The notes beneath the pieces were generated by a model. That model was not told the origin of the DNA. It did no database searches and saw nothing but the letters and a program-made list of their open reading frames with translations. A DNA stretch of 64,000 nucleotides from Podarcis cretensis (lineage: Eukaryota). Position numbers and translations under genes: made by a program. This document shows, piece after piece, positions 24,701 to 36,700 of this stretch. The stretch's first letter is position 1. Each line of letters opens with the position of its first letter. The DNA lies in contig OX638156.1 in NCBI GenBank assembly GCA_951804945.1, forward strand, positions 40,486,001 through 40,550,000, written 5' to 3'.

Positions 24701-27700
24701 CTGGATGCTCTAGCTACTGGCACTGCATCCTAGACTGCTAAGAAACAAGCCATCTTGTTCTAGAGGCAAGGCAGATGCTGCTGACCAGCCTTCTTCTTTA
24801 GAGATCAGAGGTCACCTTCCTTGTTCCCACTGTCCTCTGAGATTGGTTGTTCCCTGAAGAGCAAGCAGAATTACATGAAAGCGAGCTTCCTCTTCCAGAA
24901 GAAACAGAGTATCTGAGTTTCATAGGAAAGGGGAAGAAAAAGCTATACAGTAAAACCTCTGAAGCAGCTTTGGCGTTTGCCTGGGCATCTGGCTGGGCCA
25001 CCAGAGGACTTCTCAAGCACCCCAGAGAACAAAGAGCAGATATTTAAAATGGTGTGAGGCTTTGGTCTAGGACAAGGGAAACAAACAAGGTTTTTAAAAA
25101 ATAAAAGATTGTGAAGATTTGGTTCTTCACAACCTCTATAGAAACCGGACAGGGCGTGATTGTTCTCTGTATGAGAAAGAAGGCATAGAGTCCAAAAAAC
25201 TAGAAAATGAAAGAGGAACCAGCTCTTCCACAGAATCCCTCTTGGTCATAATACCAAACATGAAAACTAATTTCATGACCAGAACTCTGAGGATCAACTG
25301 GAAATGGAGAAAGAAGTGTGGGAAGAGTGTTGTAATGAGCATGATTTCAACCACATTCACATCAACAGAGTAAAAACATGTTTGGAACACAGTAAATTAC
25401 CTGAAGTTCTAGGTTTACTAAGCTGCTGTGCCTTAGAAAGGTTCTGGTCATGGAGCCTCCAAGAGTGCAGCAACCAGGAACTTAATGCTGGTTTTAATAA
25501 TTAACCCCAGGACCTGTGCCCCTGATACAAATGCTGTTGACTGATCGAGAACACAACGTTACCAAGTGTGTTTGTGTGCATATGGATTCCTCTTTTGAAA
25601 CCAGATGGGACTATGTTTAATTTAGTTGGCGATGTTTCACATTTGTATACATATGAAGGTTACTGGAGATTTGCCAACTAAGTTAACTGTAGTTGCATGG
25701 ATTTTGGAAAATGGATTTTTTTCAATAAGAAGGAAATTAGTTCAAAAGGAAAATTAAGGACATTAAATCTCTGCAGAATGCTTGGAAATGGGGGATGTTC
25801 AGGGATCATCCTCTTACAAATGCTGAGAAGTCATACATTTACACTGGAATATAAAGGCAAGTGTTGGCAATCATGGTGTGTTCAGCAAGCATATGAAGCA
25901 GATTGTAGGACAGCATCAGCCAGATCTCACATCTCTGTTAGGAAAAGGCTGGACCTTCAAGCACCACAATGTCTTGGATTCAGGCAGTTGGTCTGGAGCT
26001 AATGCAGCCTTTGGCACACCTGACATCTTCCAGATATTTTGGACTCTAGCTCCCAACAGCTGTGCTGGCTGTGACCAATGGGAGTTGTCCGGAAGACTCC
26101 TGGCTGGTGAAGGCTGAGCTTATGCATGGCTGGAAGGCTCTCTTTCCTTTCTAGAGTGGTAGAGGTCCTGGACTTTATGTAGGGTTCAAGCCCTGATAGG
26201 AAGGGAGTCAAGGCTCATTCTCATGCTCATTGGCTCTGACTTTCTAGGACATTGTGACTGAGAGCAACAACTTTGATCTGGTGAGCTTCATTCCACTGCT
26301 GCGTGAGAGAATCTACTCCAACAACCAGTATGCTCGACAGTTTATCATTTCCTGGGTAAGTGTTTTTGGTCTGATGCTGGGATTTGTTTCTCTGGCATCT
26401 CGAGTGAGCAGTGTGTTTTATAACTGTCAGCTCAGTGTTTTCTGATACTTTGGAATGGATGGTGGTATAAACAGCAGCATGGGGGTGCTTGTTACCTGCT
26501 TGGGAAGCAGCTGGAGCTGCTGTGTATATTGTTGCTCTTGATGGCTCTGTTAGAAACTGCTGGTAACAGATGATGCATAGTTCCTTTGTGGAAAGGCCTT
26601 TCTTGTTTCTCCTTGGCAATTGTTTGCAGTTTGACTCCAGTAGCTGCTGACTTCCTGATACCTTCCTTCCAAGCCCTGTTGCAGGTTTAGTAGAAGGGAG
26701 TCCCTTGCTCTGACCTGGCTGCGTGAAAAGGGCCTTTGAGAGACTTTCTACAGGTGTGGAATTCCTTACCAGTGAAGACTTGCTGGTGCTGAAGGCACCA
26801 GCTCTCTTCTATGTGAGGTGCCTCTTAGTGGCCTAAAATGACCTTTCAGAGTGGCAAAGGCTGATTTCCACCTTGTCAGACTCAAATACTTTGGGGAGCA
26901 TATTTTAACCTGGAGCTGGCTAAAAATTTAAATGATTAGTGAGGCAAATCTTCCATGTGTCTCAAAGACTTTTTGGGTCTTGTTTCTTTTGAGTGAATGT
27001 ACATAACAGGGAGATCTACTATTAAATAAATGAAGCTTAAGCTGCAGTGCCCTTAATCCTGGAGGGGCTACAAAAGTGAATTTAGTCCACACTGCTTAAA
27101 AATTTTAGTTCTAGCAGTAAGGTAAGGTAAAGGGCCACTGGACAGTTAAGTCCAGTCAAAGGCGACTATGGGGTGCAGCACTCATCTCACTTTTCAGGCC
27201 AAGGGAGCCAGCATTTGTCCACAGACAGCTTACTGGGTCATGTGGCCAGCATGACTAAACCGCTTCTGGCACAACAGAACACTGTGATGAAAGCCAGAGC
27301 TCATAGAAATGCCATTTACCTTCCCACTGCATCGGTATCTATTTATCTACTTGCACTGATGTGCTTCAAACTGCTAGGTTGGCAGAAGCTGGGACAAAGC
27401 AACAGGAGCTCACCCTGTTGTGCTGATTCGAACCGCCAACCACAGCACCACCCGCATCCCTAGCTCCTAGTAGACCCAATTTGAGTTGAGCTTTATTGTA
27501 TATATTTCAACAATCCCGTAGTTTGAGAGTCAGTAGCACAGATGTGAATGTGTGAGGATCTGTCATGGGAACAACCCCATTGAAGAAGATAACAGTGGCT
27601 ACCTAGATCTTGTTTCTGGTTGCTCCCATGACAGTTCAATCTTCAGGGCCTCCAAAATGTAGGTCTGCCACTGGCACATAATCTAATTTTCCAGAACACA

Positions 27701-30700
27701 ACCCATCTCCTTTAGAAACTCACTTGCTAAAGGCCAGACTGGGCTGGCTGAAGGTTGCCCCTGAAATGGTGTTACCCCCACTCTCTGTCCCCTTCCTCCT
27801 CTCCCATTATGCAAGCTGCTTCTAGGACCCGAAAAGCACCACTTGACATCTTGTGGCAAATCCAGTTTAGGTCTAAAGAGACACATGCTACTACTTGCCA
27901 CTGTGCTTCTGTATCATCTTCCTTTTGTTTGTCTTTTCCCCTTGAGTTAGATCTTGGTTCTGGAGTCAGTTCCAGATATCAACCTTCTGGATTACCTGCC
28001 AGAGATTCTAGATGGCCTCTTCCAGATCCTGGGTGACAACAGCAAGGAGATACGTAAAATGTGAGTGCAGAGCTGGATCTGGGAATAACTGCTTGGCTGT
28101 TGATACGCAGGCTTTGCCCCCTTGTTTCCAGGGCAGTGCTCCATAAATTGCATCACCATTTCCTTCGGCTTCAACCCAGTTGACACTCTTAAACAGGAAG
28201 CAGCAGATTTGGGTGAGAGGAGGGGGCTGTTGCCTTGTGTGTCCTGCTCAAGGGCTTCCCACAGGGAAGTCTGCTCGGCCACTTGAAGAATAGGATGCTG
28301 GGTGAGATGGGCCCATCTCGGTGTGATCCAGCTTCAGGGCTATATGTTCAAGTGTCTTGGTAGAAAGCAAAGTTTCTAGGCTGGAACCTGTGCTGGATAC
28401 CCAGCAAGCAGACTCCTGTCCTCGTGTCTGTGTGAGGAGAAAGAGTGAACAGAAAGGGGCAACTGCTTCCCTTTACACCTTTTCATGTTGTTTCCCCTAT
28501 AGCAGAAGACCTATTTCTAACCCCCCTGCCTTTCCCCCCTTGCAAGCAGGTGTGAAGTGGCCCTTGGTGAATTTTTGAAAGAGATCAAGAAAAACCCTTC
28601 CAGTGTCAAGTTTGCTGAGATGGCCAACATCTTGGTGATTCACTGCCAGGCTTCTGGTAAGTCATTTGTATTTCCAGCCCACCCTTCACCGTATGATCCT
28701 TGTGTATGTTCCAGAACCATCACAACTGAAACAAATATTATTAAAATTAAACCACAAGACAAACAAAGCACAGGAGCAGAACAGAAGCAGCACTGTTCAG
28801 CAGTGATGGAGGGAAGAGGAGGGAAGGCTTCCTGGGGAAAGAGAGGCACCTCACCCACCCCTTTCCAGACATTCTGCTAAACCACTTTTTGTTTCCTGAT
28901 CACTTTGACTGCAGATGACCTAATCCAGTTGACTGCCATGTGCTGGATGCGCGAATTCATCCAGCTGGCTGGCCGGGTGATGCTGCCATATTCCTCGGGG
29001 ATCCTGACAGCTGTCCTGCCGTGCCTGTCCTATGATGACCGGAAGAAGAGTATCCTTGCAGCAGAGGCTGTCCTCCTCCCATCCCTTCCTTCAGAAATGT
29101 CCATCAGCATCTGGCAGAAAGGAGGGAGGAGGCTCAGGCTAAGTCAACAGCCCTGGTTTATGCCATTGGAGGATTTTGCTGCTGCAGCTTCCTTGTGAGC
29201 CTGTGGATCATGAAAAGGACTGGGGGCAGCTCCGTAAGCAGCTCTGCTTTCTGTGCTTTCCTTGACATCAGAGCAGCCCCACAATTGCTTTCCCTGGGAT
29301 GCTTAAGCAAAGGGTTGGCTTCAGTAGAAGAGCCATTTTCATGTGGACACCCCTTTTGTGGGTATCTTTACTGAAAGATGTAGCATCGCTCAACTGGGCC
29401 ATGAGAAGGAATCAAACATACTTCAGTATTCCTTTTGGCCCATGAGTTGAGAATCTTCCCAATTTTTTTCTTATAGAGGGTTTGTGCTGTAATGTTCTCT
29501 AAACATGTGCCAAATCTGATATCTGATGCAACCTTTGCCAGCCTAAAAATATCAGCCTGAAACCAGTTTTCTAGCACTTAAAAGGCTATAGAACTCACTC
29601 CTAAAAGAAATAGTGATAGCCACCAACTTGGATGGCTTTAAAAGAAGACCAGACAAATTCATGGAGTAGGCTATCAGTGCCTACCAGCCACGATGGCAAT
29701 GTTCTTCCTTCACTGTCAGGGGCAGTGTGCCTCTGAATACAAGCTGCTAGGAATCTCAAGTAGGGAAAGATGCTCTTGTGCTCAGGTCCTGCTTGTGGGG
29801 TTCCCAGTCAGGCATCTTGTTGGCCATGGTCAGAACAAGATGCTGGACTGGATGGGCCCCTTCTGGCTTGGCCCAGCACCCCCTCTCCCTCCCTCTCCGC
29901 TGTCTGTGGTTCTAGTGCCTATGGGCCCCTGTGAAAGATCTTGAGGCTAGACTCTTGCCATAGGGCCTGTTCTGTATGAGCCTTCTACAATGGTGATTGG
30001 GAACATGACTTGGGAATGAATGTTCCTTACATCCATGGGGTGCAGGCATCAAAGAGGTGGCCAATGTGTGCAACCAGAGCCTCATGAAGCTGGTTATTCC
30101 GGAAGATGATGAGGTTGATGAGACCAAGCAGCCCACAACAGCCCCCCAGATAATGGAGGGTGATCAGGATGAATCTCTCTCCAAGCAGGAGGTGACCTCG
30201 GGTGGTAAGTCCTTATTCCCCCCCCCCCCCAGCAAACTGTCTTTCTGTCTGGCTTTTTGTACAGATACTTATCCCTGCTCTCGTGACCTGGACTTTGGAG
30301 TATTGCAATGTGCTTTCTGTCGGGCTGGAGAGAAGGGGTTACTTGAGAAAAATACGAGGCATGGGGAGTGGCAGGATAATGTGCTAAACAAGCAGAGATA
30401 GGACAGTACAAGTTTCTCACCATGGAATGACTGGGAAAAGATGAGGCAATCAAGATACTGTGTTCCAAGGCCACCCAATCACTCCATGGTGGGAAAATTG
30501 TATCTCCAGTCACTTAGCCTGTCTTATATTGGCTGGGTTTTAAAAGGCATTGTTCTCAAGCAGTTCTGTGTGTAAAAAAAGGGTGGAGGATGCTGTCCTC
30601 GAGAGAGAAGCAAACACCAACTGTTGAGATCAGGTTCCCGGTGAGGGCAGGGTCAGTTGGAAATGAAGCCAGGTCTTCCACAGAGACGTTTAGGCAGTTG

Positions 30701-33700
30701 CTCAGAGTGTCAGCTACACCATGGACCTCAGCAACGAGGCTGCTTGTTTTTCATCATCCTGAATGTTATCTACAGACCTGACTACCTCACTGTCTTGATG
30801 TTTTCAGAACATTCTTACCTGGGGCCACATCACTATTTTGTTTGGGGAGCAGTCCTTGCAAGTGCCAGCCCTTTGTGTTCCTCTGACAGTGTTGTGCTAT
30901 GTTCAAGCTAACTGACACCTGTCTCCCTGCAGGCTGCCTGGATGCCTCCGGCGATTCCAATTTCAGCAACACCAGTGTCTTTATACCAGCCAGGTAAAAA
31001 ACAACTGCCTCTTGTTAATGAAATTGGGGAATCCTCTGTAGCATTTTACAGAGGGGGAGATTCTGCTGTGCATTCCTATGCTTGGATCTTGCGCTGGACT
31101 GGATAGTGCCATTGAGTTGCTGCAAACCATGGTTTACAGAGTACTGCATGGGCTTTGGTGGCAGAGGATGCTGCTTAGAAGGAATTCAGAGCAGCTGGTG
31201 AACTATGAGGCACCTCTCAATGATGTGAGGTTCTTTCCTGCTAGTAACGGGGGGGGGTGCATTCAGATGAAGTGAGCATGTTTCTGCATGCATTCCCCCC
31301 ACAGTGAGGTGATGTGGGAGAGCACACCTGTGCTTGGGATAGTAAACCACCTCCTTCTAACCCACAAAGTGTAGCTTACAAACCCAAACGCTGTTTAGAC
31401 TTGAATTCTGTGAATAGCTATGAAACGTGCTTTTGGCTGTCTCTAGGGGCAGTATTTGAGTTTGTGCAAAACATCTGATTTCAATTGGCAGCAGAAGCTG
31501 GTGAGTGGCAGGTGTTCTGCCTTTGGGCACTCAGCAGTTTTGCAGGATCCCTTCCAGGCATTTGGGATGGGCATTGTCCACTGGGCAGAAAGAGCAAAGC
31601 AGCTGAATCCTGTGGGATAAAAACTTTGCTGAAGCAGAGGAGGTGGTAATTGAGTAGCATTTGCCCCAGACAGTTAGCTTGCCTTCACCCCATAAAATGA
31701 ACAGGCAATGACAGTCTGTTTGTGTATATAAAGGAAGCATGGAACCTGAGTGTGGCCCTCTCAGCAGCCTTGGGTTTCTTGTATACCTGGAAGCTAGCAT
31801 ATCTGTAAGGTTACTGGGGCTGATGGGAGTTGTAGTCCAAAACACATGGAGGGCACCAGGTTGGCAAAGGCTGTGCTGCAGCATGCATAATTCTGCAGCT
31901 CCTCAAGTCTCCCTTCTCCCCCCCGGTCATCTTAGTTTTGCAGTTTGCCTTGCAGGGAAAGTTCTCAACCCAACTTCCCCCCACCACATACTCCTTTTCC
32001 AGCTCTCAGGTGCCCTTTTTTAGATGAGGCAACAACCAGAACTGTATGTATTCATTTTTTTAGAAATGTTATGTTACAATAAAACAGTCTAGACCAGGAG
32101 ATGGCAGAGCAGCACAAAGGCCAAGCCTTGGGAATGGAACTCATGGCTGGAATGCCTTGGAGAGTAAAACTTTTCTTGGCTCAGTGCTGACAGGATATTG
32201 AGCATAGGTGCCAGGGCAAGGCATTGGCACTGTGACGGACCTTTCTCCTGGTGGTTACTTGCTGCTTTGGGGAAATGGGGGCACTCAAAGTTCCTCCCTG
32301 AGGGTAACCTTGGGGCACAAGTAGGCTTTTGTGGGGAAAGTGATCCATACATAACGTTCTGTTCATGCATTGTATTCCACATACAGGTTTATATGAAGTA
32401 GTTATAGATTTGACTTTTAACAATAACAGCATCACAACTTTTAACTACAATAGTTACAAACGATAGTTGATCAATATGCTGAGAATGGTCAGGAGGAAGG
32501 AAAAATTCTTGGAGAAGGAGCAATGAAAACGAGGAGTCAAAAGTGGATGTGGTGATTTGGAGGCAAGCAGTCAACACAGTTAGCTGTGGACTCACAGATA
32601 AGGGGCTGCATAAGAGCTGGAGAAAGAGAAGTGCCTTAGAGCACTGGAGGCCTGATGCTGGATCTAACCACCCAGGCCACCTCTTTCCCACCAGACACCT
32701 CAGTGAGAACCCCACAAGCTGCTGCTGCTGCTGCTGCTTCTTTGGCGATCACTCATAGCCAAGTAATATTGTCTTCCATAAACACGGTTTTAACAATGAG
32801 TCCATAAGTGACTGTGGAAGCGAATTCTGGATCCACACATCCTTCCACAGTGGGGACATAGATTTCTGGGCAGGAGTTGATCATGGTGATGGTTTGCCAA
32901 ACGTGCCTTCCTCTTAGCACGTTTCTCCCTTTCATCCTGAGCTCGAGTGTCTTCAAAGCCCATGACACCTTTGGTAAAGGCTGTTCTCCAATTGGAACAC
33001 TGGCAGGCAAGTGTTTCCCACAAGCAGGACATGGGAGGGCACATCTCCCTCCTGTCCCTTTTGTTGCCCAGTGACTGGCACTTGGAATCATCTTCCACCT
33101 CTCATCCTGCAGGCTTTGTGACCAGGAAAGGAGGCGAGCTCAAGGGCTGCTTTTCTGCGGTGCTTTTGCAGGGCAGTGGGTCCCATGCAACCCCCAGTAA
33201 AATTAAGGTGCAGTCAGCAGTACCTGGTGGGCTTGCTCCCTGTGTCTTCTGGAATATTGAAATGAGATTGCATAATATCCCCTGTGACTTTTTAAAAATA
33301 TAAAAAAAAAATGTTTTAGAGATGTAATATAAACCTGCTTTTTTCTCTGTTCCACGCATGCCTCCTAATACCTCCTAAAAGGGGCAGCATGCATTCCTTC
33401 CAGCCATTCTCTGTATGGAACTGAATTGGTTGCTAACTGTGAGGCTACCAATTTTCTTCCCTTCCTTCCAGATCTGCTTGGAAGGGAGACGTGATCTGCC
33501 CTTGGGAGTAGCAGGAGCCTTTGTACTTCCTTGGAATTGGAGTAATATATTGACATCCCACTGTTCTTCCATTGTGGAGCTCAAAACTATGCACATGGCG
33601 CTTCCAAGTGGCCTGCACATCCGTGCACTGACAAGACGCAAACCTGTGTGGCTTTTGCAAAGTGGCTACATCACGTGCTCTCGGGACCAAATCAATAAGC

Positions 33701-36700
33701 ACAAGCTATTATTATTATTATTACTAAAAAATTTATTAGTTTTTACAATATCAGCGACAAACAAAAACATAACACAAACAAAACATAACAAACATAAATC
33801 ATAACCTTATTGAAAATAACAGTTATTTACTTTGTAAAACGACTTCCTCGTTTCCCCTTAGTTGAATTTCATTGCATATCCTTGTAACGGTTTTCCAAAT
33901 CCCAATTTTAATACCCTTTAAATTAAACATTAACATCTTTAAATCTTCTTCTTCTTGTATTAGACATATTATTTTATCAGTTAACATAAATACAATCCTA
34001 AGCCCATTAAGTATCTGGATGCTATTTCCAGTTATTTTAGCTTAACAAATTTAGCTAAATAATCATTAAATTTCTTCCATTCTTCGTGGTGTTCCTCCTC
34101 CTTCTGGTCGCAGACTCTTCCGGTTAGATTGGCTAGCACAAGCTATTATTAGCAACAAAACAAATCACAGAAGGGGTTTGCAGCATGCAGGGCAACACCA
34201 GGAGCAGGGAGGAAATAAGTTACATCCTCTTGGTTATGTGTGTATCTTTCATAATGGGATGGAATGTCAATATATTGCTTCCCTTCTTCCGAAAGCCAAA
34301 GAGAATATTTTTTTTCAGCAACATGCAGCCACACAGATCCACGAGCTGGTATTCAGTCAACGGCAGTTGCTTTAGTCGCCGCAGATTTTTAAGGGTTTGT
34401 TCTTAAGCATACAAAATGGAATGGTGGAAGCAAAATGGAAAAAAGTATTCAATATACAGACAAAGGATGGGAGCAGTTGTTGGAAAATAACTGCCAGCAT
34501 TACTGGAATGGAGAATGACTTTGCTTTCATTCAGTTGGCAGCTAAGGAAAGCAAGCAAAGGAGCAATATTTTAGTGATTTATGGGAGAGAAATTTTGTCT
34601 CTTTGCAAGGTGAAAGCTGTGTGTATGGGAAGTGTTTATTGAGGTGAAATGATGAACCAAGGAGCCTGTTGCATTGTGATTTTCTGTGTGCTGCTTTTAT
34701 ATGGACTCAATATAGGCAGTATTGAGAAGAAGTCATTCAGCAAATGCCATTGACAATAAGGAAACCAAATGGTACAAGTTGCCCTGAGGTTATTTATGTT
34801 GAAGGGCGGTATAGGTATTCATTGAGTGAATGAATGAAACCATGCTCCTGCCTGATCTTACTTCTGTCTCCTTTTACCTTCAGCACTGAGAGAATCCAGG
34901 TGACCCTGAACCTCGATGGAATTGTCCAAGTATTGGACTGTCACCTTCACGATTCAACCATTGGGATGATGACACGGATAGCAGTCCTGAAGTGGCTGTA
35001 CCACTTGTATATCAAGACGCCTCGCAAGGCAAGTCTGCTCATTGATCAGATCAGGCCTGCAGCATGGCCGTTGGCCCACATTAGAGTTTGTTTTCCTCCT
35101 GACTCTTCCTTGAAGAGCAAATGCTATTTTTAAAGCTTTGGAAAGCAAGCTTGCCTCTTAAGAATACATTGGTACCTTGGTTCTCAAACTTAATCTGTTC
35201 CAGAAGTCTGTTTCAAAACCAAAGCGTTCCAAAACCAAGATGTGCTTTCCCATAGAAAGTAATGCAAAACTGATTAATCTGTTCCAGACTTTAAAAAACA
35301 ACCCCTAAAACAGTAATTTAACATGAATTTTATTATCCAATGAGACCATTGAGCCATAAAATGAAAGCAATAAATGTACAGTACAGTACTATAAAATAAA
35401 TAAGACAGTATAGTAGATGATAAAAATTAAAATTACCTGCACTGATGATAGTCATTGTTTGGATGGGGGCTTTTATCCATTTCTGCAGTCACACAATCAA
35501 TCAATCAATCAATCAATCATAAAACAAAGAACAAGCCACAGTGACAAAACAAAAAAGCCACACAAACAAAAATGCAAAAAATAGCAAAAACAAAAGCACC
35601 AAATACAAGCTCCAAATATTACCACAGAACACTGCAGTCAGAAATGGAAGGCTTTGATTACAATGGGGGGCCCCCCGCAAATTAGCAGTGCAACAGTGAA
35701 AATGGAAGCTCAGGACCACGTTCAGCTTCTGAAGCAAAGTTTGCAAACCAGAACACTGACTTCTGCGTTTGCAGTGTTCAAGTTCCAAGTTGTTTGGGAA
35801 CTAAGCTGTTTGAAAACTGAGGTACCACTGTATAGCATTGCACTCCTGATACATGTGCTTTTTCAGCCCAGAAGGAACTAATTTTTTTTTATTAAGTGAG
35901 CCACAGTTGTTGAGTCAGATAAATTTGGGAGCTCTTTTTGGAACATTCAATGGCAGTAGTTTTCTTCCTTTTCTCCTCCAGCTTTTCTGCTCCCCCCTCC
36001 CACACACTTTGGTGTTGATTGGCTTAGTAATAAAGCTGCTTGTAATAGATGGAAGCCCAAATTGTTTCTTGCTTTACATAGAGTCTGCTGAAAGTGCTAA
36101 GGTTATGAGAAGCCAAGCCATGCTTCAGTGTGAACACACAGGCTCCCGGAGAGGAGATCACAGCTGATTTTCTCTCCCTCCAGTGCTGCTGCGCTGCCCT
36201 GACCTAAGCTGTGGTTTGGCATGGAAAGAGCTCTGAACCTGGGGCCTGTAGTTTGTCTCACTGCAGACAAACCATGAGCTGTAAATCAAGAAAAGCCTTG
36301 GCTGCATGGTTTGTCTCCTCTCTGCGTGTTCATGTTAAAACACAGTTTGGCTGAGTGTTACGTGCAAACTAGTTCAATATATCAAAAAGCAATAGAATAC
36401 TTTTCAAAGGAAGAAGCCCTTCCTCTAGTTGGTGACTCTGGCCTCAGCTGCAGAGTTTGTTTGGTAAGCTTGCAGGAAAGGAGGGCATCTTTCCAGCACA
36501 AGGACTGGGGTGCTCTTAAACCTGGAGGCAGCCTTTGCTGTTGTGGTGGCAGCCTCTGCCAGAGCACCAGACACAGTGACTTCTGTGACTGTTATGGACT
36601 TCTTTTGCCTTTCAGATGTTCCGGCATACAGACAGCCTGTTTCCCATTTTGTTAAAGACCTTATCTGATGAGTCTGACGAGGTGAGCATAAATCCTGCAC

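Noticed and set aside
21710-34883. tRNA-Gly(GCC) genes, which I recall lying within human VAC14 introns
   Set aside because: I did not find a GCATTGGTGGTTCAGTGG-like sequence on either strand by eye. tRNAscan-SE is needed to confirm absence.
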